Positions 15,635 through 24,000 of a DNA stretch of 24,000 nt are shown piece after piece. The notes beneath the pieces were generated by a model, which saw nothing but the letters and a program-made list of their open reading frames with translations, searched no databases and was not told the DNA's origin. A program made the translations under genes and the position numbers. Origin of the DNA: an uncultured Anaeromusa sp. (GTDB lineage: Bacteria > Bacillota > Negativicutes > Anaeromusales > Anaeromusaceae); assembly GCF_963668665.2 (NCBI RefSeq), contig NZ_CAXXLU010000002.1, positions 2,320,609 through 2,344,608 on the forward strand. The letters are read 5' to 3'. How positions within the stretch are numbered: the first letter of the stretch is position 1; each line of letters opens with the position of its first letter.

Positions 15635-16540
15635 ATGGAAGCTGTGGAGTTGGAGACGATGAGTAATCAAGGACATGAAGGCCGCCTGAAATATGATCGC
15701 TATGTTCGCTATTTCTTTTTCGTCAGCGCCTTGCTGATGACCGTCATTATTAGTTCGATTATTATTTTTGTGGGACAGCAAGGGCTGCAGACTTTTTTAG
15801 AAGTAAGTCCTGTGGAATTTTTCTTTTCGTCTAAATGGGACCCTGTAGAAGGTTCTTATGGCGCGTTGAGTTTTATTCTGGGCTCTGTGTATGTGACCCT
15901 GCTGGCTATAGCCTTGGGCGCTCCGCTGGGGTTGGGCGGCGCTGTTTTTATGGCCAAGGTAGCTCCGAAGTGGCTGCGGGATATCTTAAAGCCTGCGGTA
16001 GGGCTCTATATGGCTATTCCCTCGGTGGTTTACGGCTTTATCGGCTTGACAGTAGTGGTCCCTTTTGTGAGAGAGTTTTTCCAGCTCAGTACCGGCTTTG
16101 GCCTGTTTACGGCTGGAGCCATCTTGGCCATTATGATTTTGCCTACAATTATTAGCATTTCCGAGGACGCTTTGCAAGCGGTGCCGCGTTCGTTGGAAGA
16201 GGCTTCGCTGGCGCTGGGCGCTACGCGGTGGCAAACCATTTGGCGGGTATTGGTTCCGGCTGCACTGCCGGGAATTTTGACCTCGGTTATTTTGGCCATG
16301 GCGCGGGCGGTGGGTGAAACAATGGCTGTGCAAATGGTAATCGGCAATACGCCGCAGCTTGCCAAATCGCTGTTCATGCCAACTTCTACCTTGCCTAGTG
16401 AGATTGTTGTAGAAATGGGGAACACTCCTTTTGGTTCCGCCTGGGGTAACTCCTTGTTTTTGATGGCGTTGGTGCTTTTGCTTATGTCGTTAGGGATGAT
16501 TTTATTGATTCGCCGTATGGCGCAGAGGAGGATGGCTTGA
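15635..16540 (+). CDS. pstC: Phosphate ABC transporter permease PstC
   Basis: 301 aa from ATG 15635 (SD aggag at 15622-15626; the alternative ATG at 15617 has no SD). It is multi-spanning with the EAA loop EASLALGATRWQTIWRVLVPAALPGI. Confidence 0.9.
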   Translation: MEAVELETMSNQGHEGRLKYDRYVRYFFFVSALLMTVIISSIIIFVGQQGLQTFLEVSPVEFFFSSKWDPVEGSYGALSFILGSVYVTLLAIALGAPLGLGGAVFMAKVAPKWLRDILKPAVGLYMAIPSVVYGFIGLTVVVPFVREFFQLSTGFGLFTAGAILAIMILPTIISISEDALQAVPRSLEEASLALGATRWQTIWRVLVPAALPGILTSVILAMARAVGETMAVQMVIGNTPQLAKSLFMPTSTLPSEIVVEMGNTPFGSAWGNSLFLMALVLLLMSLGMILLIRRMAQRRMA

Positions 16541-17400
16541 TGTCGGCACAGTGGCAGAATAAATTGGCGACAGGGGTCCTTTGGTTGGCTGGCTTTTTGA
16601 TTATCGGTATTTTAGCCGCTTTTCTGGGATATATGCTTTATAAGGGACTTCCTGTGCTTAGTTTCGACTTCATTTTTGGCAAACCCAGCGATATTACCGC
16701 TGGGGGCGGCGTAGGTCCGCAGTTTTTCAACACTTTTTACATTTTAGGATTGTCCATGCTCTTTTCAGTGCCTTTGGCAGTGGGCGCCGGTATTTATCTG
16801 GCAGAGTATGCCGGCAATAACCGGATTACCGATTTGGTGCGCTTGAGCACGGAAAGCCTGGCCACGGTGCCGTCTATTGTTTTGGGCTTGTTCGGCATGA
16901 TAATTTTTGTCAATATTCTGGGCCTTGGTTTTAGCATTATTGGAGGCTCGTTAGCTTTGATGCTGTTGAATTTGCCGGTATTGGTACGAGTGACGGAAGA
17001 GTCTTTGCGTACGGTGCCGCAATATTATCGAGAGGCGTCGCTGGCTCTGGGCGCTACGAAATGGCAGACCATTTGGAAAGTGGTTTTGCCGAATGCGCTG
17101 CCTGGTATTGTAACAGGCGTTACCTTGACGGCCGGCAGGGCCATTGGGGAAACGGCGATCTTGATTTTTACCGCCGGCACTACCGTGTCCAGACATATGA
17201 TGGATCCGGACTTGCTGGCAGCCGGAGAGACACTGGCGGTGCATATGTGGTATGTCATGGGTGTGGGCTTGGTTCCGGACCGCGTGGAAATTGCCAATGG
17301 TATCGGGGCGTTGTTGATACTTTCGGTTTTGGTAATGAATTTGCTCTTTACGCTGCCTGTGGAGATCCTGCGCCGGCGTCGCGGCGCAGCTAATCATTAA
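16540..17400 (+). CDS. pstA: Phosphate ABC transporter permease PstA
   Basis: 286 aa from ATG 16540, which overlaps the pstC TGA (tgATG); SD gaggagg at 16525-16531. The EAA loop is EASLALGATKWQTIWKVVLPNALPGIVTG. The track's TTG at 16537 is an equally possible start. Confidence 0.9.
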   Translation: MSAQWQNKLATGVLWLAGFLIIGILAAFLGYMLYKGLPVLSFDFIFGKPSDITAGGGVGPQFFNTFYILGLSMLFSVPLAVGAGIYLAEYAGNNRITDLVRLSTESLATVPSIVLGLFGMIIFVNILGLGFSIIGGSLALMLLNLPVLVRVTEESLRTVPQYYREASLALGATKWQTIWKVVLPNALPGIVTGVTLTAGRAIGETAILIFTAGTTVSRHMMDPDLLAAGETLAVHMWYVMGVGLVPDRVEIANGIGALLILSVLVMNLLFTLPVEILRRRRGAANH

Positions 17401-17427
17401 GAACTGTTGGATGCTCACAATGAAATA

Positions 17428-17470
17428 GACTGCGGAAGCCGCCTTTGAGAAGGCGGCTTCCGCAGTCTTT
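17428..17470 (+). terminator. Perfect 16-bp hairpin after pstA with a short U-tract (weak terminator, attenuator or RNA stabiliser)
   Basis: gactgcggaagccgcc (17428-17443) pairs perfectly with ggcggcttccgcagtc (17452-17467) around an 8-nt loop. It is followed only by tttgggg. Confidence 0.5.
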
Positions 17471-17509
17471 GGGGCTACTGTTAAAAAAGAGTTAAATGGA
17501 GGAGATTCC

Positions 17510-19567
17510 ATGGTGCGCCACTTGACAAAATGGGTTCAATGCGGAAAACAGTGGTTGGCGAATCGGCGGGCGAGCAGCCAGGGGTTGAAGCTGCGTAGCA
17601 TGTCATGGCATTCGCTGTCGACGCAGGCGGTTTTGTTGCTGCTGCTGACGTGCTTAGCGCCATTGGTCGGCGCCGGCGGCTATTTTGCCGTCAGCTCTAC
17701 CGATGCGCTGACTAAAGCGGCAGTAGAGAATAATGATAAGATTGCCGATCGCGTTGCCAATGATGTGTCCGGTTACATACAAAACAAACGGAATTTTTTG
17801 CTCGTTACAAGTGGCGACGAGGAAATACGCAGTTTAAATGCTAAACGTTTGGAACGATATTTGAAATTAGTGCAACCTTATTATGGCGGTAATGAATTGT
17901 TGTTTGTAGCGGATCGCAGCGGCAGGCAAGTATGGCGTACAGATGGGCTAAACTTGCAAAATGTGGCGGAACGTCGTTATTTTCAAGAGGTTATGGCAGG
18001 GCATGTTGTTATGTCGGAACCGGTGCTCAGCAAAGGCGCCGGGCAGCTGGGCGTAGTCGGCGCTGTGCCGATCCAGGGAGAGAACAAAGATATTATCGGT
18101 ATCTTAGGCGTTGTGCTTCCCTTGCAAAACCTGCAAGTCTTGCTGGAGCGGGTGCTCTCGGAAAATCCGGGCTATGGCATTGTGGTGTTAAACCAACAAA
18201 AAGTGCCGCTCTTCCATCCTGGCAATGCGGAAGCGGTAAAAGAGCGCCGACCGCTGGAAGAAGCATATTACACGCAGGTGCTGGAGCAAAAAACAGGGAA
18301 TCTGGAAACGCAGGTGCGCGGTCAGGACTATTTTTTATCCTACCGTCCGGTTGCCAATACAGACTGGGTTGTTGTTTCTCTCTATCCCAAGGATATGGCC
18401 TTGGCGCAAAGCCAGGAGATGGTGCGGCGCACAGTCTGGGGTATAGGCGTGTTGGTTGTTTGTTTTTTGGCGGGAGGATTTTGGGCGGTGCGACGGACGC
18501 TGCAGCCCTTGCAAACGTTGATGCGAGGCGTGCAAGAAGTCGGTCGGGGCAAGCTGTCTGCGCGTACAGTTTGTGCATCCAGAAATGAACTGGGAGAATT
18601 GGCGGCGGCGTTCAATGGCATGACGGAAAATTTGCAGCAAGTTGTGCGAGAAACTAGAAAATCCTCAGGGGACGTACTGACGTCCGCTTCCTTTTTAGAA
18701 ACGGCGCTGGAACAGGGGCAAGAGGGAAGTAAGCAAATGGCGCAGTCTGTAGAAGAAATTGCCGCCCGTTTGGAAGGACAAAAAAGCGTGGTGCTGGATG
18801 CGGCGGAGCGCTTGGCGGAGATAACGCGTCGTTCCCAAGAAATTGTGGCCTTAGGCCATGTTACAGAGGAAAAAGGGCAGCATTGCTCCAATTTGGCCAG
18901 AGAGGGCCAGGGCGCGTTGTTTCAAACGGTGTCTCAATTGGAAGAGACCAAAAAAACGGTGCAGCAAACCAGACAGTATGCAGCAACATTGTCCGATAAT
19001 GCGCAGTCCATCAGCCAAATTACTCAGTTGATTCGCAATATTGCCAGTTCTACTAAGCTGCTGGCATTGAATGCAGCGATCGAAGCGGCCAGAGCGGGCG
19101 AGGCGGGACGCGGCTTTGCCGTAGTGGCGGGAGAAATCGGCAAGTTAGCCGTGCAATCCGATGAGGCGAGCGGCAACATCATGCATATTATTACCGCCAT
19201 TGAAGCCAGCACGGTGCAGACGCTGGAAACGATGGAGGGAACCTTTGCGCTGATGGAAGAAGGGGTGGCCGGTGCGCTGCAAAGCCGGGAGGCGTTTTTG
19301 AACATTGTTGACGCCGTGGCTCAGGTTCATGCAGCGGCAGGCAACATCCGCAGCGAAGCATTCCGTCAAAACGAACTGTGCATAGAAACGCAAAATCAAG
19401 TGCAGGAAGTAAAGGAGCTTGCAGAGGAAAGCAGTAACGATGTAAGCGAAATAGCGGCGACGGCCCAGCAGCAGGCCGCAGCTGTAGAGGAAATGGCGGA
19501 TACGGCCCTGGGGCTAAGGCAGCTGGCGGAAGGTCTGGAAGAAGGCGTGCGTAAGTTTGAAGTCTGA
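17510..19567 (+). CDS. Methyl-accepting chemotaxis protein with a double-Cache-type extracytoplasmic sensor, HAMP and MCP signalling domain
   Basis: 685 aa, SD ggagg at 17498-17502. TM1 is [21 protein letters not shown] ~270-aa periplasmic region follows ([11 protein letters not shown]..., [17 protein letters not shown], typical of Cache). TM2 is [17 protein letters not shown]. The HAMP region and the conserved hairpin tip [31 protein letters not shown] are present. Confidence 0.9.
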   Translation: MVRHLTKWVQCGKQWLANRRASSQGLKLRSMSWHSLSTQAVLLLLLTCLAPLVGAGGYFAVSSTDALTKAAVENNDKIADRVANDVSGYIQNKRNFLLVTSGDEEIRSLNAKRLERYLKLVQPYYGGNELLFVADRSGRQVWRTDGLNLQNVAERRYFQEVMAGHVVMSEPVLSKGAGQLGVVGAVPIQGENKDIIGILGVVLPLQNLQVLLERVLSENPGYGIVVLNQQKVPLFHPGNAEAVKERRPLEEAYYTQVLEQKTGNLETQVRGQDYFLSYRPVANTDWVVVSLYPKDMALAQSQEMVRRTVWGIGVLVVCFLAGGFWAVRRTLQPLQTLMRGVQEVGRGKLSARTVCASRNELGELAAAFNGMTENLQQVVRETRKSSGDVLTSASFLETALEQGQEGSKQMAQSVEEIAARLEGQKSVVLDAAERLAEITRRSQEIVALGHVTEEKGQHCSNLAREGQGALFQTVSQLEETKKTVQQTRQYAATLSDNAQSISQITQLIRNIASSTKLLALNAAIEAARAGEAGRGFAVVAGEIGKLAVQSDEASGNIMHIITAIEASTVQTLETMEGTFALMEEGVAGALQSREAFLNIVDAVAQVHAAAGNIRSEAFRQNELCIETQNQVQEVKELAEESSNDVSEIAATAQQQAAAVEEMADTALGLRQLAEGLEEGVRKFEV

Positions 19568-19667
19568 GAAGTGTAACAAATTTATGGATAAATGACAGGA
19601 AAATGCGTGCCGGCGGCGAATAAAAGAAAAAGCTTATTTTGCAGAAGCGGAAATGGAGGTGCAGCAT

Positions 19668-19955
19668 ATGGGGAAAACCCGGACCCGAAAACTGTCTGGG
19701 TTTCGTCTGCTTGCCGGCGCTTTGGTTTTATATGGTATTTACCTGATTGGCGGACATTATCAGCAGCTTTGCGAAGTGCGCAAAGAGCGGGCGGCGGCGG
19801 AAGTGAGACTGGAGCAATTGCAGCAGCAGCGCCAGGCTCTGTTAGAGGAAAAAAATCGTCTACAGACGCCGGAGTACATAGAAAAACTTGCACGAGAAGA
19901 ATTGGGCTTGGCGAAGCCGGAAGAAGCGTTATATCTAGCAGCGCCTCGCCGTTGA
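19668..19955 (+). CDS. divIC: Septum formation initiator (DivIC/FtsB family)
   Basis: 95 aa from ATG 19668 (SD ggagg at 19655-19659; the track ORF starts 15 nt earlier without an SD). It has a single TM helix (LLAGALVLYGIYLIGG), a coiled coil, and the conserved PEYIEKLAREELGLAKPEE motif. Confidence 0.85.
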   Translation: MGKTRTRKLSGFRLLAGALVLYGIYLIGGHYQQLCEVRKERAAAEVRLEQLQQQRQALLEEKNRLQTPEYIEKLAREELGLAKPEEALYLAAPRR

Positions 19956-20017
19956 ACGGTAGAAGCGTATTTATAGAGCAGAAGGCTTTTTATAGGGTTA
20001 TTTCCTGGGCGGTTCCC

Positions 20018-20047
20018 TTGACATGCTGGAAAGCGGGCAGGTATAAT
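20018..20047 (+). promoter_or_regulatory. Near-consensus sigma-A promoter for the S1-domain gene
   Basis: TTGACA (20018-20023), an 18-nt spacer, then TATAAT (20042-20047), 65 nt upstream of the ATG at 20112. Confidence 0.6.
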
Positions 20048-20111
20048 GAGAACATAATATTTGGCGACATGCCTAAAACAAGCGATCATTTAAGGGGGAG
20101 CATATAACAGT

Positions 20112-20555
20112 ATGGCCATCGAAGTAGGCAGCGTGGTTGAAGGAGTGGTCACAGGTATCACTAACTTCGGCGCATTTGTTGAGTTGCCGGAAGGCAAAGT
20201 GGGCCTCATCCACATTTCTGAGGTTGCGGATGTATATGTGCGCGATGTGCGTGACTTTTTGAAAGAGCAGGATCGCATCAAAGTTAAGGTGCTTTCTATT
20301 GATGAACGCGGGAAAATAGGCTTGTCGGTAAAACGCTTGAATCCGCCAACAGCGGCTCCCAGCGTAGCGCCCAGCGCGCCGCCGCCGCGTCGTCCAGGCG
20401 GTTTTCACGATAACCGGCGTCCGCATCGTCCGGTTACAGTAACTTTTGAAGACAAACTAAGCAAATTTCTCAAAGACAGCGACGAGCGTCTGTCGGAACT
20501 TAAACGCAGCACAGAATCAAAGCGGGGCGGTCGTGGAGCGCGCCGCGGCGAATAA
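20112..20555 (+). CDS. yabR: S1 RNA-binding domain protein (YabR-like)
   Basis: 147 aa, SD aagggggag at 20091-20099. The S1 fold signature is GSVVEGVVTGITNFGAFVELPEGKVGLIHISEV...VKVLSIDERGKIGLS, with a basic Pro/Arg-rich tail. Its position after divIC matches B. subtilis. Confidence 0.88.
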   Translation: MAIEVGSVVEGVVTGITNFGAFVELPEGKVGLIHISEVADVYVRDVRDFLKEQDRIKVKVLSIDERGKIGLSVKRLNPPTAAPSVAPSAPPPRRPGGFHDNRRPHRPVTVTFEDKLSKFLKDSDERLSELKRSTESKRGGRGARRGE

Positions 20556-20571
20556 GGTAATTCGTAAGAGC

Positions 20572-20606
20572 AAAGAGCATTTGCAAAAATGCTCTTTTTC
20601 TGTTTG
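20572..20606 (+). terminator. Rho-independent terminator after the S1-domain gene
   Basis: aaagagcattt (20572-20582) pairs with aaatgctcttt (20587-20597) in an 11-bp stem with loop gcaa. It runs into tttttctgttt. Confidence 0.6.
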
Positions 20607-20651
20607 TGCTACAGGCGAACAAGGAGCTTGACGGCTCTGAGAGGAGCAAAA

Positions 20652-21416
20652 ATGGAAAGCAAGGATATTGCTTCTTTGGCTGTATTAGCTGGAGAAGAGC
20701 TGCTCAAAAGCGGTGCGGAAACCTATCGCGTGGAAGAAACGATGGAACGGATTGCTTTGGCCTGCGGCGCTAAACGGGCGGAAAGCCTTGTGCTTCATAC
20801 TGGCTTGGTGCTGGAGGTCGAGGCGGCCGACGGACAGTGCGTCACCAGAATTTGCCGCGTAGGGGCGCGAAGCATTCATTTAGACCGGATTCATAAGGTG
20901 AATGCCGTGGCCCGCCGGTTGGAAGAGGGCCGGACAACGCCCCCGCAGGCGGCGGCGTTGTTGCAGCGTATTGCGCGGGAGCACAGGGCTGTGCCTGTTT
21001 GGTTGCTGGCTTGTGCAGCCGGCTTGGTGGGCGGTCCGACGGTGCTGCTTTTGGGCGGAACGTTGGAAGAAGGCGCGGCTGCTTTTTTTGTGGCTGCCGG
21101 CATGCGGTGGCTGTTGTCCTGGTTAACCAAGTATCATGCGGCGCCCTTTACGCTTGATTTAGTTGGCGCCATGGTGGTGGCTTTTTTAGGGGCTTGGTTG
21201 GGGCGTGCTTGGGAAGAGCTCAGCCGGGACCTTATCATTGTTGGCGGTTTGATGCCCTTGGTGCCGGGAGTGGCGATTACCAACGCCTTACGAGACTTGC
21301 TGGCGGGAGACTTAATGAGCGGCGCCGCTAGAATTCTGGAAGCGGCCCTTACGGCGGTGGCCGTAGCCATGGGAGTTATTCTTGTACTGGCCTTGCCGAT
21401 GCGCATGGGAGGGTAA
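20652..21416 (+). CDS. ThrE-family (threonine/serine exporter, DUF1212-type) membrane protein, large subunit
   Basis: 254 aa from ATG 20652 (SD aggag at 20642-20646). LLKSGAETYRVEETMERIA and GGLMPLVPGVAITNALRDLLAGDL are typical of the ThrE N-terminal family. The 5' extension to 20589 was rejected. Confidence 0.82.
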   Translation: MESKDIASLAVLAGEELLKSGAETYRVEETMERIALACGAKRAESLVLHTGLVLEVEAADGQCVTRICRVGARSIHLDRIHKVNAVARRLEEGRTTPPQAAALLQRIAREHRAVPVWLLACAAGLVGGPTVLLLGGTLEEGAAAFFVAAGMRWLLSWLTKYHAAPFTLDLVGAMVVAFLGAWLGRAWEELSRDLIIVGGLMPLVPGVAITNALRDLLAGDLMSGAARILEAALTAVAVAMGVILVLALPMRMGG

Positions 21417-21418
21417 AG

Positions 21419-21877
21419 ATGGAGATCTTTTTATTGCGGTTGTTGTCTTGCTTTTTGATGTCCGCCGCCTTTGGCATTCTCTGCCGCATTCCTCAGTCGG
21501 CGCTCTTGTGGAGCGGCGCGGGCGGGGCGTTATGTTGGGCGGTAATGTATGCTGTAAGCCAAGCGGGCGGCAAACTGGTGGCGGCGGTCTTTTTCGGCAG
21601 CCTGGCTTTGGGCTTGGCTGCAGAATGGCTGGCTCGACGTACGCATAAGCCGGCGACCATCTATATTGTTACTGGATTTATTCCTTTGGTTCCGGGGGCG
21701 GAAGCGTACCATACGATGCGGCTTCTTGTGGAAGGTACTTACGCGGAAGCTGGCTCTATGGCGGTGCGCATGCTGTTGATCGCCGGCGCTATTGCTTTTG
21801 GCCTGTTTTTAAGCTCGGCGTTGATTCGCATGCTGCGGCGCAGCGGAAAGGGGGCAGGCAAGCATGCTGCTGTCTAA
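21419..21877 (+). CDS. ThrE-family (ThrE_2/DUF3815-type) membrane protein, small subunit
   Basis: 152 aa, starting 2 nt after the preceding stop. It has four or five hydrophobic helices, contains GFIPLVPGAEAYHTM, and is paired with the DUF1212-type gene as usual for split ThrE exporters. Confidence 0.8.
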   Translation: MEIFLLRLLSCFLMSAAFGILCRIPQSALLWSGAGGALCWAVMYAVSQAGGKLVAAVFFGSLALGLAAEWLARRTHKPATIYIVTGFIPLVPGAEAYHTMRLLVEGTYAEAGSMAVRMLLIAGAIAFGLFLSSALIRMLRRSGKGAGKHAAV

Positions 21878-23243
21878 GGTGCGCTCCTGGTGCGAGCGGC
21901 GGCAATTGTTCCCCGAGCAATCGCTGGTTTTGGCTGCCTGTTCTGGCGGCCCGGATTCTTTGGCGTTGGTGCATGTGCTGCAGCGCTTAGCCGGAGAACA
22001 AGGGTTTCGCTTGGCCGTGGCCCATGTGGATCATTGTTTTCGCGGCGAAGCTTCGGCGGCGGACGAACGGTTTGTGGCGGACTTTTGTCGTGAACGTCAG
22101 CTTTCTTATCAGGCGGTGGCGATTGATGTGCCTGGCTATTTGCGAGAGAATGGCGGGTCGTCGCAGGATGTGGCCCGGCGCTTGCGCTATCAGTGGCTGC
22201 GTGAGACGGCGAGCTCCTTGGGGGCGTCGTATATTGCCCTTGGGCATCATGCGGACGACCAAGCGGAAACCTTCCTGTTGCATTTGCTCCGCGGCGCAGG
22301 CGCGGAAGGCTTGGCAGCCATGGCGGAACAGGAAGCGCTCCTTATACGGCCGTTTTTGCAGGTGCGCCGCCGTGAGATTGAAACGTACTGCAGTGAACAG
22401 GGGCTAAGGCCGCGCTTGGATGCAAGCAATTTAAAAGACAAGTATTTGCGCAACCGTATCAGGCATCACCTGTTGCCGGATTTGAGCGCCTATAATCCGG
22501 AAATTGTACCAGCCTTAACGCGAACAGCCGATATTATTCGAGAGGAACATGAGTTTGTTCGCCAAGAAGCGCTAAAGGCGCAGGCGCACTGTGTTCTTTG
22601 GCTAGAGAATTCCTGCCAAGTAAAGTTGCTCGCTTACTCTGCATATCATCCGGCGGTACAACGGGAGCTGTGGCGGCAGGTTTTAGAAAAAAAGCGAGGC
22701 GCCTTGACAGGAATCTGCTTTGTGCATGTGGAAAATCTCTTAAAGTTAGCCTCTGACGGACGAACTGGCGCCGTGCAGGTGCTGCCAGGAGGCTGGCAAG
22801 TCCGCAAAGACTATGCCTGTTTGGTACTGGAGCCTTTGGCTGCAGCTGCCAAAGCGCCGCTTCAAGAGTCCAGGTGGCAGCGGGAAGTCGATGTACCAAG
22901 TGTGACGGAGTTGCCGGACGGAAGTTGCTTGGAAACTTCTTGGCTTGCGTTTGAGGATGCTGCAGGGCCAGACGTGTTGTCAATGGCCTGGGCTGCGGCG
23001 GAGCCGCCTTTGGTGGTGCGCTTTCGTCAACCTGGCGATGTGTTTCGCCCGGTCGGACTGGGAGGACGCAAAAAACTAAAGGACTATTTAATTGACGCCA
23101 AAGTGCCACAGGCGGAGCGGGACCAACTGCCGCTTTTATGCGATGCCCAAGGGATTCTTTGGGTGGCGGGTCTGCGGGCGGACGAACGAGCGTCCGGCGC
23201 GGGCAAGCAGCTGTATGTGCGGCTGCAAAGAGATACTCAATGA
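21864..23243 (+). CDS. tilS: tRNA(Ile)-lysidine synthase
   Basis: 459 aa. The PP-loop is LAACSGGPDSLAL. HVDHCFRG, LGHHADDQAETFLLHLLRG and the C-terminal KKLKDYLIDAKVP...LPLL are present. It overlaps the preceding gene by 14 nt and sits before hpt-ftsH as in Bacillus. Confidence 0.93.
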   Translation: MLLSKVRSWCERRQLFPEQSLVLAACSGGPDSLALVHVLQRLAGEQGFRLAVAHVDHCFRGEASAADERFVADFCRERQLSYQAVAIDVPGYLRENGGSSQDVARRLRYQWLRETASSLGASYIALGHHADDQAETFLLHLLRGAGAEGLAAMAEQEALLIRPFLQVRRREIETYCSEQGLRPRLDASNLKDKYLRNRIRHHLLPDLSAYNPEIVPALTRTADIIREEHEFVRQEALKAQAHCVLWLENSCQVKLLAYSAYHPAVQRELWRQVLEKKRGALTGICFVHVENLLKLASDGRTGAVQVLPGGWQVRKDYACLVLEPLAAAAKAPLQESRWQREVDVPSVTELPDGSCLETSWLAFEDAAGPDVLSMAWAAAEPPLVVRFRQPGDVFRPVGLGGRKKLKDYLIDAKVPQAERDQLPLLCDAQGILWVAGLRADERASGAGKQLYVRLQRDTQ

Positions 23244-23264
23244 TGTAGGAGGAATTGGAAGGTT

Positions 23265-23801
23265 ATGTTGCAAGACATTGAACGCGTTTTGCTGAGTGAA
23301 GAGCAATTGCGGCAGCGCGTCCGCGAACTGGGTGAAGAAATCAGCAAGGAATATGCAGGCAAGGAAATTTTGATGATTGGCGTGCTGCGCGGCGCCGTTA
23401 TGTTTATGGCCGATTTGGCCCGGGCGATAACCGTACCGGTGATGATCGACTTTATGGCGGTATCCAGCTATGGAACGTCTACTTCTTCCAGCGGCATCGT
23501 GCGCATTTTAAAAGATTTGGATGAGGAAGTAGCCGGCAAGCATGTGCTGATTGTAGAGGATATTATTGATTCCGGCCTGACTTTAAGCTACTTGGTAGAC
23601 AATATCAAATCCCGCCAGCCTGCCAGTGTGCGCATCTGCACATTATTGAACAAGCCGGAACGGCGTAAGGTGGATTTGGAAGTCAATTATAACGGCTTTG
23701 TGGTTCCTGATGAATTTGTTGTCGGCTATGGACTGGATTATGCGGAAAAATATCGCAACGTGCCTTTCATTGGCATTTTGAAGCCTGCGATTTATGCATG
23801 A
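23265..23801 (+). CDS. hpt: Hypoxanthine(-guanine) phosphoribosyltransferase
   Basis: 178 aa. [45 protein letters not shown], the PRPP motif [14 protein letters not shown], and [17 protein letters not shown] parallel B. subtilis HprT. Confidence 0.94.
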   Translation: MLQDIERVLLSEEQLRQRVRELGEEISKEYAGKEILMIGVLRGAVMFMADLARAITVPVMIDFMAVSSYGTSTSSSGIVRILKDLDEEVAGKHVLIVEDIIDSGLTLSYLVDNIKSRQPASVRICTLLNKPERRKVDLEVNYNGFVVPDEFVVGYGLDYAEKYRNVPFIGILKPAIYA

Positions 23802-23818
23802 GCAGGCGGCTCTTTTTG

Positions 23819-23847
23819 TTGTCCGCAGAAACGGTTAATGATATAAT
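23819..23847 (+). promoter_or_regulatory. Candidate extended -10 promoter for ftsH
   Basis: TTGTCC (23819-23824), a 17-nt spacer, then TGaTATAAT (TG 23839-23840, hexamer 23842-23847), about 60 nt upstream of the ftsH start. Confidence 0.45.
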
Positions 23848-23907
23848 TAATTTCTATGGAGGCCAAAGTGAACAGCTGTGTGCGCTCCAATGAGAGGAGG
23901 GCTACGA

Positions 23908-24000
23908 TTGAATAAATTTTTCCGGAATGTGAGCTTTTACCTGCTCATCATCATTATCGCGATTTCCATCATTGACTACTATTCGTCGAAGACGACGAAC
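23908..24000 (+). CDS. ftsH: ATP-dependent zinc metalloprotease FtsH, N-terminal fragment (runs off the window)
   Basis: It is not in the ORF track because it is truncated. TTG 23908 is preceded by SD gagaggagg (23892-23900). The translation (L/M)NKFFRNVSFYLLIIIIAISIIDYYSSKTTN resembles the B. subtilis FtsH N-terminus (MNRVFRNTIFYLLILLVVIGVV...). Synteny is tilS-hpt-ftsH. Confidence 0.75.
   Translation, partial: MNKFFRNVSFYLLIIIIAISIIDYYSSKTTN

Noticed and set aside
17481-17497. TTAAAA-N5-TTAAAT pair (11-bp period) just upstream of the MCP start, considered as a third Pho box
   Set aside because: The hexamers are degenerate. The second one abuts the Shine-Dalgarno, which leaves no room for a -10 element or a transcription start. 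The A/T-rich run is more likely just part of the translation-initiation region.
17932-18891. ORFs 17932-18588 (+, 218 aa), 18093-18578 (-) and 18382-18891 (-) within the MCP gene
   Set aside because: They are out of frame or antisense to the MCP. Their translations are Gly/Arg/Ala/Pro-rich with no motifs.
19592-20107. 171-aa plus-strand ORF spanning the divIC region and the yabR promoter
   Set aside because: It is in a different frame from the recognisable DivIC/FtsB ORF, which carries the conserved PEYIEKLAREELGL motif. It also runs through a consensus promoter and has no ribosome-binding site.
22534-23109. 191-aa minus-strand ORF inside tilS
   Set aside because: It is antisense to TilS, and its translation is Pro/Ala/Arg-rich without features.
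1-24000. Screen for CRISPR arrays, IS or transposon ends, integrase or recombinase genes, toxin-antitoxin pairs, defence-system genes, and tRNA, rRNA or riboswitch-like leaders
   Set aside because: I saw no regularly spaced direct repeats other than the Pho boxes, no long inverted terminal repeats, and no ORF with nuclease, recombinase or defence-type motifs. No intergenic region is long or structured enough to suggest an RNA gene. This by-eye screen cannot exclude small ncRNAs.

Overview
The window reads as chromosomal DNA from a moderately GC-rich, probably anaerobic Firmicute (Bacillota). That assignment rests on the divIC-yabR-tilS-hpt-ftsH synteny, strong GGAGG-type ribosome-binding sites, Bacillus-type Pho boxes and clostridial-type glutamate fermentation genes. 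All calls come from reading the ORF translations and the DNA by eye; no database search was possible. There are three blocks. (1) 1-9458: the methylaspartate route of glutamate fermentation. It holds the 3' end of glmL, glmE (glutamate mutase E subunit) and methylaspartate ammonia-lyase, then a strong terminator. After that comes an operon opened by an uncharacterised P-loop NTPase fused to a tRNA_SAD (AlaRS/AlaX editing-like) domain, followed by citD-citE-citF-citC and a citX-citG fusion. From context this lyase set is more likely citramalate lyase than citrate lyase. (2) 9516-19567: a UbiB/ABC1-family kinase, a convergent PhoR-like histidine kinase with no adjacent response regulator, and a UgtP/MGDG-synthase-like glycosyltransferase. 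Then pstS and pstC-pstA, each preceded by a triple TTAACA direct-repeat Pho box with identical geometry. There is no pstB or phoU; a double-Cache methyl-accepting chemotaxis protein sits where pstB is expected. (3) 19668-24000: a conserved housekeeping block of divIC/ftsB, the yabR-like S1 protein, a two-gene ThrE-family exporter, tilS, hpt and the start of ftsH. I saw no rRNA, tRNA, CRISPR array, transposase, integrase or long repeat. The many long antisense or alternative-frame ORFs in the track look like by-products of GC-rich codon usage. The most unusual item is the P-loop/tRNA_SAD fusion gene leading the acyl-lyase operon.
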